Assembly: GCF_000011805.1 (NCBI RefSeq)
Contig: NC_006841.2
DNA length: 32,000 nt
Strand: one strand, 5' to 3'
From: Aliivibrio fischeri ES114
GTDB lineage: Bacteria; Pseudomonadota; Gammaproteobacteria; Enterobacterales; Vibrionaceae
Shown here: in pieces, positions 14,922 through 24,219 of the stretch
How the letters are laid out: each line of letters begins with the position of its first letter
How positions within the stretch are numbered: position 1 is the first letter of the stretch
Translations under genes and position numbers: made by a program
The notes under the pieces: generated by a model
Databases searched by the model: none
The model's input: only the letters and a program-made list of their open reading frames with translations
What the model was told of the DNA's origin: nothing

Positions 14922-16649
14922 ATGGATGTTGATAAAACAATTGAATTATTGAATCGGAAAATTAAACGAGAAAAGGCAGCGAGAAAAGCGGCTGAGGGAC
15001 TATTGGAACGTAAAAGCCATGAGCTCTATATGGCAAAGCAATTAGTAGAAGATACCTTGTTTACTGTCCAAGAGAAGGCTGAAAAAGACGTTGTTTTACT
15101 TGAGTTCAAAAGCTATCTCGATTCTATTTTATTAGATTACAATCAGCGATTATTAAAGGAGCAACCAACCCAAATGTTGTTGCAGAGTCTGATTAATGAT
15201 TTAGGTTGTCTTAACAGTATCCAATCCGTGTGTTTGTCTTTTTCGTCTAACGCCAACGAAACACTCACTCAATTATATGCCGGAAAGCATCAAGAGTTTG
15301 AAACGCTTTCTCAAGCTTCTTATCCTGTTCAATGGAATGAAAGCCTGACTCAAATAACAGTTTTTTTTGAACTTGAAAACATTGAATCAGGTGCTATTCA
15401 ACTTATCTTTAATACCTCACCAAATACAATGTGGCGCGATACGATAGAGAAACAGTTTAGTCTTATTTCTGAAATGATTAACGCTGCGTTTGAACGTAAA
15501 TATTTACTTGATAAAACCCTTAAAGAGAAAAAAAGAGCAGAAAGTTCAGAAAGAGCAACAAGAGACTTCGTTGCGATGATAAACCATGAATTAAGAACAC
15601 CATTAAATGGTTTATTAGGTTCAGCTGAACTTATGGAAGATACAGAAATAACGGACTATCAAAAGAAGCTACTAGAGACAATTCATCAATCAGGTCAAAT
15701 GCTAAGGATCATAATTAATGATTTGCTTGATTTTAGTAAGATGAGTGCAGGAATGTTAGAGCTTAAAATGGCAAATTTTAAGCCTTGTATCTTAGTGAAA
15801 ACTATCGAGCAGATCTTTACGCCACAGATGGCAGAAAAATGCTTACGATTTGATATCCATATTGCTGATAATTTGCCACAGACTCTTATGGGGGATATTG
15901 ATAGAGTTCAGCAAATTTTAGTGAACTTAATTGGTAATGCTTTTAAGTTTACGAAAAGTGGGCATATTAGTTTGAAAGTGGGTTGGCAGAAAAACGCTTT
16001 AGTTTTAATCGTATCTGATACTGGCTGTGGGATACCTCAAGATAAACAAAAGCTGCTTTTTGAGCCATTTACTCAAGTTGACAATTCTAGTCAAAGACAA
16101 TTTGAAGGCACGGGGCTTGGTTTATCTATTTGTAAATTACTCGTTGATGCGATGTCTGGCGAGTTAAGTTTTAAAAGTGAGCTAGGCGAAGGTTCTGAAT
16201 TTCAAGTTAAACTCCCATTAGAGGTAGTCTGTGAACAAAGAACACATTCAAGTGAAGATAATCAGTTGTCTTTTTCAATTGAGAATCTGTCTATTCTCGC
16301 GGTTGAAGATATTAAAATGAACCAAGTAATTTTAAATATGATGCTAAAGAAACTTGGAATAACTCCTGATTTTGCGAATGATGGTATGGAAGCGTTAACC
16401 TATTTACAAGAACACGATGTTGATATTGTTTTAATGGATTGTCGAATGCCGATTCTTGATGGATTTGAAACGACAAAACGTTTAAGGAAGCAAGGGTATA
16501 AAAAGCCCATCTTAGCATTGACCGCGGGAACCACTTCAATGGAGGTTGAAGCTTGTATTGAGGCGGGAATGGATGACACTTTGAGTAAACCTTATAAAGC
16601 AATAGAGTTAGAAGCAATGTTAAAGCTTTGGGGTTCTAAGTATGTATAA
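14922..16649 (+). CDS. hahK: H-NOX-associated hybrid histidine kinase (cytoplasmic; HisKA + HATPase_c + receiver)
   Basis: 575 aa with no TM segments and a coiled-coil N-terminus. It carries an H-box (MINHELRTPLNGLLG), N/G boxes (LIGNAFKFT, DTGCGIP, GTGLGLSI) and a C-terminal REC domain (LAVEDIKMNQ...VLMDCRMPILDG...LTA...KP). It starts 18 nt after hnoX. Confidence 0.85.
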   Translation: MDVDKTIELLNRKIKREKAARKAAEGLLERKSHELYMAKQLVEDTLFTVQEKAEKDVVLLEFKSYLDSILLDYNQRLLKEQPTQMLLQSLINDLGCLNSIQSVCLSFSSNANETLTQLYAGKHQEFETLSQASYPVQWNESLTQITVFFELENIESGAIQLIFNTSPNTMWRDTIEKQFSLISEMINAAFERKYLLDKTLKEKKRAESSERATRDFVAMINHELRTPLNGLLGSAELMEDTEITDYQKKLLETIHQSGQMLRIIINDLLDFSKMSAGMLELKMANFKPCILVKTIEQIFTPQMAEKCLRFDIHIADNLPQTLMGDIDRVQQILVNLIGNAFKFTKSGHISLKVGWQKNALVLIVSDTGCGIPQDKQKLLFEPFTQVDNSSQRQFEGTGLGLSICKLLVDAMSGELSFKSELGEGSEFQVKLPLEVVCEQRTHSSEDNQLSFSIENLSILAVEDIKMNQVILNMMLKKLGITPDFANDGMEALTYLQEHDVDIVLMDCRMPILDGFETTKRLRKQGYKKPILALTAGTTSMEVEACIEAGMDDTLSKPYKAIELEAMLKLWGSKYV

Positions 16650-16676
16650 AAAGCCTCACAATATTGCGAGGCTTTG
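16649..16676. terminator. Candidate terminator hairpin between the convergent hahK and POT transporter genes
   Basis: AAAGCCTC / GAGGCTTT form an 8-bp stem with a 10-nt loop, directly after the hahK stop. The U-tract is short. Confidence 0.45.
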
Positions 16677-16714
16677 AATTATAAGAATGTATATTGGAAT
16701 ATTAAGATCAAGCG

Positions 16715-18190
16715 TTATGCTTTTTGCTCTTTCAACTCGACTTCTTCAGCTTGTTTGCTGCTTTCAAGCATCTTACGAATGATGAATGAAGCAATGAAAG
16801 CGATGGCAACCATTACTACTGCAAGTACAGTGAGTAGTTGGAAATAACTACCATATACTGTTTGTACAAACTCTTGAGTAATGACATGACCTTTTTCTTG
16901 CGCAATAGATGTTGAGAATACTGCACCAATAATGCCACTTAATGCCATCGCTACAGAGAATAAACTTACAGAGAAGCCTTCTATATGTTTTGGTGCAACA
17001 GACAGAATGAAGGCTACCACTAAGCTACCTACAATTACTTCAGCAAATGCTTGGAAGAAGTGAATAAGTAAGAATACTTCAGGACGAATGATTGCATCTT
17101 CACCCACACCCATTACCGCCATGGTTAAAATACCAAAAGCGATCGCAGTTAAGATGAATGCAAAGCCGATTTTTGTTGCTGTTGAAAAATGAATATCGCG
17201 TTTTTCAAGTGCTGAGAAAATCATAGCAATAACTGGACCTGCAACGATACACCACAGCGGATTCATTGCCATTGATGCTTCAGGTGCGATAGGAATAAGG
17301 TCGAATAGGTCACCACGCATAGTATTGATCGTTACCATGGTCATTGATGTCATCATTTGACCGTAGTAGACAAAGAATGCAGTCGTTAGTGCTGTCATGA
17401 TTAGGATCGTGCCCATTTTAAGCGCATCCGATTTCTTTGACTTAAGCATTAAAATCACGAAGTAACCGATAGCTGCAAGGCCAATGCCGTAAACAATGTT
17501 TTGACCAATATCCATGTTTGAGAACATGAAGAAAACTAAGGCAATCATTGCTACTGATGTGATTAGAAATGAAATCCAGTTTTGCATACTTACAGGTTTT
17601 TGATCAATATGAGCACCAACGGTTAATAGTGGTTTACGGAAGATCACCAGAGTCGCAAAAGCTAATAAAGCAAGAACACATGATAATAAGAAACTTCCGT
17701 GGAACCCTAAAACAAGAACAAACATCGGGAATAGATATTGGCCTAGTAGGGCACCAACGTTATTGACTGAATAGTTCACTGGGTAGCAGTTTTCAAAATG
17801 CTCTTGAGTATCAAAAGTACGTTTGTATAGGCTTGGGTAAGAAGGAGACATTAAGCCTCGGCCGTAGCTCGCTAATGCAATACCACACAACGCCATTGGA
17901 ACATTTGTAGTATATGAACCAAGCACCAGCAGTGCATAACCAGTAGCAAAACCAAAGTAACTAATGGTTAGTGAGCGGTAAGCGCCTAAAAACTTATCAG
18001 CAATGAATCCACCAGCAATGGCAAATAATGGACCAATTGATGAAAATGCACCAACAACCATCATGGTGTCAGCTTCGCTGTAGTTTAGTTCTTCAAGGAA
18101 AAAGCGAGTTAAAATAACCATTACGCCATAAAATGATAAGCCAAACATCATTTGGCAAAACATCATGGACTTATTTAGTTTGTTCCACAT
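16715..18190 (-). CDS. Proton-dependent oligopeptide transporter (POT/PTR2 family, Dtp-like)
   Basis: 491 aa, polytopic. The PTR2 signature GGFIADKFLGAYRS follows TM2, and the overall MFS-like topology has about 14 hydrophobic segments. Confidence 0.85.
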   Translation of the reverse strand: MWNKLNKSMMFCQMMFGLSFYGVMVILTRFFLEELNYSEADTMMVVGAFSSIGPLFAIAGGFIADKFLGAYRSLTISYFGFATGYALLVLGSYTTNVPMALCGIALASYGRGLMSPSYPSLYKRTFDTQEHFENCYPVNYSVNNVGALLGQYLFPMFVLVLGFHGSFLLSCVLALLAFATLVIFRKPLLTVGAHIDQKPVSMQNWISFLITSVAMIALVFFMFSNMDIGQNIVYGIGLAAIGYFVILMLKSKKSDALKMGTILIMTALTTAFFVYYGQMMTSMTMVTINTMRGDLFDLIPIAPEASMAMNPLWCIVAGPVIAMIFSALEKRDIHFSTATKIGFAFILTAIAFGILTMAVMGVGEDAIIRPEVFLLIHFFQAFAEVIVGSLVVAFILSVAPKHIEGFSVSLFSVAMALSGIIGAVFSTSIAQEKGHVITQEFVQTVYGSYFQLLTVLAVVMVAIAFIASFIIRKMLESSKQAEEVELKEQKA

Positions 18191-18383
18191 AAGGAGTCTC
18201 TTTTAGATAATTACTTTTCGTATTTTATCATCAAAAGAATGTAACAAAGTACGATATTCTCAAAAAAGCATCGTTTAAATATTGTAAGTAATGGTATTTT
18301 GTGGTTGTTTGTTTCGTTATTTTGTATTATTTGTTTATAATATGTTTTTATTGTTTCTTAAGTAATCAATAATGAGGCAGGGA

Positions 18384-18436
18384 ATAGATGAATCATTCAA
18401 AGTGATTTCTTTTTGAACGATGTCATCTATTTTTTA
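18384..18436. other. Long imperfect hairpin in the peptidase/POT intergenic region (terminator-like on the plus strand, 3'-UTR stem on the minus strand)
   Basis: ATAGATGAATCATTCAAA (18384-18401) pairs with TTTGAACGATGTCATCTAT (18412-18430), giving about 17 bp with one bulge. One position is A.C on the plus strand and G.U on the minus strand. TTTTT follows on the plus strand only. Confidence 0.35.
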
Positions 18437-18454
18437 AATAAGAGAACGAAATCG

Positions 18455-19375
18455 TTATCGTTGAGCTAGTAGGTATTCTAAAGCACCGACAATTGCCGCA
18501 ACTTGCGCGTCATTGCACTCCTGATCGGTTACTTTTTCGCTATCTGGGTAGACTTCCGTTGTTGATACGTAATCAGCATCAGTTAAGCCTGCACATAGTC
18601 CTAACTTTTTAGTCGGATAATTAATTACGCCTTCCTGAACCACATCAGAACCAATAATTTGGTTATTTTCATCTGGTGGCGCAATGTGAGTCACGGTACG
18701 AACAGAGTCAATAATGGCTTTTTGGAACTCTGGAGCAGGTTTTTCTGTATCTCCAACCGTATAAAAACCATCTGGAATATAGCCTTCAATGTAAGCGATA
18801 CCATCACGAGCAGCTAATGCTGGGCGAAACTCTGTTTCATCACTATCGGTTGTTTCGTGCAAATCGATATGAGCAAATACTGGTGCATCTAATGAAGCAA
18901 CTAATGCCATTAACCCTGCTGACTCTTCTGCTGGGCTATTTGGATAAAATGAGCGGTTAGGATCCGTAGCTGTTGGGTTCCAACGATTGATCACTTCATA
19001 ACCCCATGGGCTTACACAAGGTGCAACAACAATATTGAACCATTGACTGTAGTGCTCAGCTTTTGTATCGACAAATTGCAGCGCACCATGAACCCCAGAG
19101 GTTTCGTAACCATGTACGCCACCACTGATCAGTAATGTTGGTTTTGTATCATCCCATTGTTTTGTTTTGATACACAAAAGCGGAAAGCGTTCAGTATCAT
19201 AAGATAAAGCACCATATTGTGATATGTCGAAACGCTCAGATAGAGCCGTGATTTTTGTTACGACTTCTTCTTGATATGAGCGTTTTACTGTCATCGTTGA
19301 AAGCCATGCTGCTTTTTCTTGTTCTCCCCAAGGTTGGCCTTTAATGCCAATTGGGTAACTGTATTCGTCTTTCAT
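18455..19375 (-). CDS. M14-family zinc metallopeptidase (carboxypeptidase / succinylglutamate-desuccinylase-like fold), apparently cytoplasmic
   Basis: I chose ATG 19375, with TAAGGA 8 nt upstream; the ORF track starts 2 codons earlier at a TTG. The HxxE zinc motif (GGVHGYETSG) and a distal His (HIDLHETTD) are present. There is no signal peptide. The start lies only 22 nt after the mshQ-like stop. Confidence 0.8.
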   Translation of the reverse strand: MKDEYSYPIGIKGQPWGEQEKAAWLSTMTVKRSYQEEVVTKITALSERFDISQYGALSYDTERFPLLCIKTKQWDDTKPTLLISGGVHGYETSGVHGALQFVDTKAEHYSQWFNIVVAPCVSPWGYEVINRWNPTATDPNRSFYPNSPAEESAGLMALVASLDAPVFAHIDLHETTDSDETEFRPALAARDGIAYIEGYIPDGFYTVGDTEKPAPEFQKAIIDSVRTVTHIAPPDENNQIIGSDVVQEGVINYPTKKLGLCAGLTDADYVSTTEVYPDSEKVTDQECNDAQVAAIVGALEYLLAQR

Positions 19376-19397
19376 TATCAATCCTTACTTTTGATGA

Positions 19398-22300
19398 TCA
19401 GTTTGTTTGTTCTCGGTTCCATATAATACGATCACTTCCTCTATAAATGCCAAAATGAATGATCGCTTTTATTGAATCTTCAAAAGATTGGTTATTATCG
19501 GCATCTTGTTGCAACCACGGTAAGTTTAATAAAGAAAGTGTTGGTACAACTTGTCCTTGGTTGCCATTACCTGGTGCTGTGAATGTCATACTTGTTAAGC
19601 CATTTTCAACATGAGTTTCATCTAAACTTGCTTTTGTTGTCCCTTTTCCTACTGGTAGCGCATTAGGATCGTTACCCACATCAAAACTGAATTCAGGCAG
19701 AGATAAAACGGTACAGCTGTCATTGATTTTGACGAATCGATTTCCGGTATAAGATTCTGTTTGTATTTTAGATTCAAGATCATTCAATTCAGAGCCATAT
19801 GCATCTTCCATAGTGATACGCCCCCACTCTTGTCGTTGAGTATCTGTGGCTGGAAATGCGTAACCCAGACAAGCACCAGAAGCATTGGTTTTATGACAAA
19901 TTTGGTCTTGGTCTCTTAAGTCATCCGCCGCTAATTGCAGCGTTATTGTATCTTCAACGGGTGCTTTAGGGTTGAAAGGTTTGATGTAACGTAAATTCGC
20001 CCCTTGCAGCTGCATTTTAGCTTGTGCTGGTAATTTAATTACGTTCCCCGGTGTCGCAAAACCAGAGCGCTGCCCTAAAACTGAAAGGGTTTCACTATCA
20101 ATGATGGACATATTTGATGGTGAAGCCGTATAGGTTCTTAAATTCCAACCGTTGTTATAACGCCACCATGAACCAATTGTGTAGTTTTGCAGTAAGGTTC
20201 CCGTTTCAGATAACGGATAAAGACTTAGTGTTGGCGATTCTGTAAAGCTGAACGTTTGTCCCATGTAAGTAAATTCATTACAACCCTCTTGAATGCTTGG
20301 TTTATCTCCCAATACATTAAAGTAAGCAGGAGTAAATCGACCAATAGAGCCTGTATTTGCCGCTTTAATTTGATAAGCCGAGCTACCTAAATAACCTTTT
20401 GGTGGGGTAACCGATATGTCAAATACACCCACTTCACTAATACTTTGAGGAACACGGTTGGTACTCCCTTGTGCTATTTGGTGATCGTAGTGGTTGGTCG
20501 ATAAGTTACCTGTATTCCCTCCTAACTGCTGAGAAGGAGCAACTAACGTATGATCTAAAATTAAATTATCTTGAGCGTAGTTTGGTGTCACAGGGTTATC
20601 AGCAAGGTAGGTGTCGTTATCTCCCATCCATGCGTGTGCTCTTACATTTAAATTAAAGGTTTCACCGGCGTGAGCAAAAATAGAGCAGCTTACGTCTTCA
20701 GATGAACAATTGCTGTTAGCACTTGAGTTATTTTTGTCAGTAACATAAGCACTTAAACCAACAGGAATACTGACAAATAAGTCACTTCCTTCAATATTTT
20801 GATAGTAACTTTTTTGATATTTAGCATTAAGTTGCAGTTGGCCGGCATCTGCGTAATTTAAGGTTATTTTTGCTTCGTTATTGGTAAAGTTTAATGCAAA
20901 TGTGGTTGCTGCACTTTCTTGTTTCCCAATGTCTTTCCATGAATTATTTACTAATCCATACAATGTCGGTGAACCAATTAAATTACTTTGCTTTGGTGTA
21001 ATGTAATCAGACCATAACTGAATATTTTTGGTACCAGTAAATGAGTTACCACAACCTTTGATAGTAGCTTCAACAGGTTTATTGGCTAACTTATCAGGAA
21101 CAATAACTGTCAAACCTTCTGATTCGAAGTTAAGGGTACAGTTTTTATCACTTAATGATTGGCCATTAATGCTACATAGTGTGTGACTAAATGGTTTTGT
21201 TGATGGTGATGAACTCACAACATCCAATTTAACGTTACCTTGTGTAGGTTTACCTATTGATAAATTAGCAATCCCGTTTCTAACCGTAATATTATTGCCG
21301 TTTAGCCAATAGCCATCGCCACCTAAATTACTGGTATCTAAGGTAACATCAACATCTTCAGTAAATAGAGTTGAACAAGATTCGTCGGCACAAGCACGTA
21401 ATGTGACATTAGATACATCACAAGTAGACCCTTGTCCTGAATGATCAAATTCAAAGTGATCAATTTGCTCACCAATTGGTTTTGAGTAAAGTGCACACAC
21501 TTTGAAATTATCAATCTCATGGGTGTTATAAAGCTGACCCGTTGAACCAGTTAATGACATGATGAAATTTTCAGGTGGTTCATCTTGATTATATTGTGGT
21601 CTTAATACATCAATTGGCCCAATTACTTTACTAAAGCTAGGTGCGTGCCCAGCATTAACCACACTACGTTCAACCGTTACATTTGCGTTATTTCGGTTGG
21701 TTGAATCAATAGTAATACGGTAACGATGTGTTCTATTGTAGCCATTATTATTGTCAATATCTGGAGATACACGAGTTCCTGCAATGTAGTTATAGCCTGA
21801 ATATCGTGCACCAGAACCACGTAATACAACAGATTGAGCCGTATTATAAGAGTTGTAGTTTTTAGACCCGCCTTCTTTTGAATAGTTACCGTATTCATCT
21901 AGACCGATACCAAGCCAACCACCTGTAAAACCGGGTTTAACGGCCTCTGAGTTATTCTTAAAGCCATAGCCTAATGGACCACCAAAAGCACCAGCTTGTG
22001 GGGTTACTTCTGCATCTGAAAATACAATAGCTAAACCATCAGCGCCGTTGCCGCCATAGGCCATGTAATCAAATTCAACTTCGATTTTATTACCAAGTGC
22101 AGGGTACAAATATTGATAAGAAGAGGCAGTTGATTGTGCTCTTCGGGCCTGTGTTAATTGCAGACGTCCATTTATGACTGTTGGCGTAAAAGAACCGCTG
22201 CTTCGGCTTGTTACCCAACTGGTGGTTAGACTGTCAAAATTGTCTTCATAACAGGTCATTTCGACGTTATCAGGACACGGGTGGCGTTGTTGATAAAGTT

Positions 22301-23795
22301 GATTAACTTGTTCATCAGTCAGTGCTTGATCAAAAACGTTTACTTCGTCAATTAAACCATCAAAAGTACGTGTTAAATCGTAATCATTACCCACTTGCAA
22401 TGGTTGTGTATTTTCTTTTAAGTGTTTGAGAGGATAGACCGGCTCTATAATTGAACGAACTTCCACACCATTAACGAAAATAGACGCTTTATGCGTGTTA
22501 TGTGCGTCATAGCGGATCACGATATGTGACCAACGGTTAAGAGGAATGCTCTCTCTTGTGGTTAAATTTATTGGATAGTAAGTATCTTTTAGCTCCCAAT
22601 ACCAATTTATTTGACCTTGAGAGTTTAGGTGAAATTCATAGTTTCCATTTTTCGATACAATGGTATTTAAACGATTATAAGAAGGGTAAGAGCTAGGGTT
22701 GATCCATGCACTTACTGTAATCGTATCTTCGTTAGATAACTTACTATTATGTGGTACTTCAATGTATTGCGTTTGGCTTTTCTTGAAGTCACCATAGCCA
22801 CATGTACCCATGTTTGCCATATCAACAGGCAATGCCGGGTTGTCTTTCTTTGGTTGAATTTGGTTTTTGGCTGTGCCGTTAAAATCGTTACCAGAACTGT
22901 CCTTAACTTCACCAATTGCACCACTCCATGAGTTCTCATCTAAGCGTAGAGATAACGCTGCTGGTGGAAGGGTTGGCGGTGGGGTTAGTGTTCTATTGAT
23001 ATAGGCATCACCTTCCATAAATAGACTTCGACTAGAGGCTCGGCCATCAATATGGGATTGGTTGTTTAAGGTTAGTTTATCATTGGCGTAAACATAGCCT
23101 TCGATATAGCTATTATTGTGTAAATAAATATCATCATAACCAACAACAAAAAGTGAGCCATTTCCTGTTTTAGTGATTTTCGCATCGTTATTTAATTCAA
23201 TGTCATTTTTTACAAATAAGCGAGCACTCCCAGTCACATTAATATGTGCTGTTCCGAACATATTTAAATTCTCGACCCAGTAATCGCCTGAACTTAAAGT
23301 GACTTGAGTGCTTTCTAATGTTAGCGTTTTGATTAGCTGCTCTTGGCTATTATGGCCTAGGTAACCATCACAGGTGCCACGTAAGGTGATATTCGAATAC
23401 TTTTTCTTATCAAAGTAAGATGTGCCCGAATCACAAGTTTCTGATCGAGAAGAGTTGTTGTGAATAAATGAACCTAAATTAAGGGCTGGTGTATTTCTTC
23501 CTGTGATTGAACATTGGTGATAGCCACCATTGCCATCATCACAGCTGTCATCTGGTAATTCGTAGTGGCTTATACTTGAACAAAAATCCAAACTACGACC
23601 TTGTGTACCTTCGATTTTAGCATCGTTATACATGGTCAATTGTTTTGGACTAGAGCATTTCATTGAATGCCCTTGAGCTATCCCCGGAAAGTAAGTATTT
23701 GGATTAATCGTTGGAAAAGCGAATGCGCTCAATGGCATTAAACATAAGCTAAACGCTGAAATAATCAGTGAACGAGAGAAAGGTTTAGTCATCAC
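19398..23795 (-). CDS. mshQ: Giant secreted MshQ-like protein: signal peptide, Cys-rich region, beta-helix-like repeat region, LamG-type lectin domain, second ConA/L-type-lectin-like domain, long C-terminal Ig-like/DUF6701-like region
   Basis: 1465 aa with signal peptide SLCLMPLSAFA/FP. The region aa ~155-270 is repetitive with N/G-rich turns (INVTGSARLFVKNDIELNNDAKITKTGNGSLFVVGYDDIYLHNNSYIEGYVYANDKLTLNNQSHIDG). The LamG pattern spans aa ~280-505 (LRLDENSW...DSSGNDFNGT...ITVSAWINP...WSHIVIRYD...IFVNGVEV...LQVGN...FDGLIDEVNVFDQALTDEQV). The lectin-like region spans aa ~515-770 (GRLQLT...GADGLAIVFSD...GGPLGYG...GGWLGIGLDEYGN...HEIDNFKV). The following IDHFEFDHSGQGSTCDVSNVTLRAC block is typical of MshQ-family proteins. 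Confidence 0.8.
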   Translation of the reverse strand: MMTKPFSRSLIISAFSLCLMPLSAFAFPTINPNTYFPGIAQGHSMKCSSPKQLTMYNDAKIEGTQGRSLDFCSSISHYELPDDSCDDGNGGYHQCSITGRNTPALNLGSFIHNNSSRSETCDSGTSYFDKKKYSNITLRGTCDGYLGHNSQEQLIKTLTLESTQVTLSSGDYWVENLNMFGTAHINVTGSARLFVKNDIELNNDAKITKTGNGSLFVVGYDDIYLHNNSYIEGYVYANDKLTLNNQSHIDGRASSRSLFMEGDAYINRTLTPPPTLPPAALSLRLDENSWSGAIGEVKDSSGNDFNGTAKNQIQPKKDNPALPVDMANMGTCGYGDFKKSQTQYIEVPHNSKLSNEDTITVSAWINPSSYPSYNRLNTIVSKNGNYEFHLNSQGQINWYWELKDTYYPINLTTRESIPLNRWSHIVIRYDAHNTHKASIFVNGVEVRSIIEPVYPLKHLKENTQPLQVGNDYDLTRTFDGLIDEVNVFDQALTDEQVNQLYQQRHPCPDNVEMTCYEDNFDSLTTSWVTSRSSGSFTPTVINGRLQLTQARRAQSTASSYQYLYPALGNKIEVEFDYMAYGGNGADGLAIVFSDAEVTPQAGAFGGPLGYGFKNNSEAVKPGFTGGWLGIGLDEYGNYSKEGGSKNYNSYNTAQSVVLRGSGARYSGYNYIAGTRVSPDIDNNNGYNRTHRYRITIDSTNRNNANVTVERSVVNAGHAPSFSKVIGPIDVLRPQYNQDEPPENFIMSLTGSTGQLYNTHEIDNFKVCALYSKPIGEQIDHFEFDHSGQGSTCDVSNVTLRACADESCSTLFTEDVDVTLDTSNLGGDGYWLNGNNITVRNGIANLSIGKPTQGNVKLDVVSSSPSTKPFSHTLCSINGQSLSDKNCTLNFESEGLTVIVPDKLANKPVEATIKGCGNSFTGTKNIQLWSDYITPKQSNLIGSPTLYGLVNNSWKDIGKQESAATTFALNFTNNEAKITLNYADAGQLQLNAKYQKSYYQNIEGSDLFVSIPVGLSAYVTDKNNSSANSNCSSEDVSCSIFAHAGETFNLNVRAHAWMGDNDTYLADNPVTPNYAQDNLILDHTLVAPSQQLGGNTGNLSTNHYDHQIAQGSTNRVPQSISEVGVFDISVTPPKGYLGSSAYQIKAANTGSIGRFTPAYFNVLGDKPSIQEGCNEFTYMGQTFSFTESPTLSLYPLSETGTLLQNYTIGSWWRYNNGWNLRTYTASPSNMSIIDSETLSVLGQRSGFATPGNVIKLPAQAKMQLQGANLRYIKPFNPKAPVEDTITLQLAADDLRDQDQICHKTNASGACLGYAFPATDTQRQEWGRITMEDAYGSELNDLESKIQTESYTGNRFVKINDSCTVLSLPEFSFDVGNDPNALPVGKGTTKASLDETHVENGLTSMTFTAPGNGNQGQVVPTLSLLNLPWLQQDADNNQSFEDSIKAIIHFGIYRGSDRIIWNREQTN

Positions 23796-24219
23796 TACGA
23801 ATACCTACTTCAATAATACGTTGCAAAGTGGTGGTTCCAAATTTACAGGTGGCGGTGCTTGTTAAACTGTACACCTGTCGGCCAGAGTCTAATGTTCCAA
23901 TAGGTTTGCATTTTACTTGTGCTTTACATTGCGATAATCCATCACCCGAGAAGGTATAAACACTTGGTGTATTACCAGCAACAAAGCAACTGCCTGTTTT
24001 TTCCATATAGAAACGACTGATCTCAATTTGAGAGCCAGATTGAGCTGCCATGTTTGTTCTGGTTCCCATAATAGAGGTCACTACATGTGTGCTCATTTTT
24101 TGTTGGTTCTTCGTTGCCATTAAAGCAATAAAACCGACGACGATAAGAACAAAAATCGTCAGAATCAGAGCGGAACCTCGTTGAGATTTATTAAGGCGTA
24201 TTGGCGATAAGGACGTCAT
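23785..24219 (-). CDS. PilX_N/MshP-like minor pilin-like protein (no Glu5)
   Basis: I chose ATG 24219 (MTSLSPIRLNKSQRG/SALILTIFVLIVVGFIALM). The QRGxALI...hydrophobic helix is the PilX N-terminal pattern. The gene overlaps the upstream gene by 29 nt and the mshQ-like start by 11 nt. The ORF-track start at 24258 is less likely. Confidence 0.65.
   Translation of the reverse strand: MTSLSPIRLNKSQRGSALILTIFVLIVVGFIALMATKNQQKMSTHVVTSIMGTRTNMAAQSGSQIEISRFYMEKTGSCFVAGNTPSVYTFSGDGLSQCKAQVKCKPIGTLDSGRQVYSLTSTATCKFGTTTLQRIIEVGIRSDD

Noticed and set aside
20471-22939. Five 60-75-aa ORFs on either strand inside the mshQ-like gene (20471-20656, 21338-21520, 21677-21898, 22712-22939, 22749-22931).
   Set aside because: They are embedded in a 4.4-kb continuous ORF with coherent domain content. 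Their translations are low-complexity with no starts or RBS of note. They are shadow ORFs.
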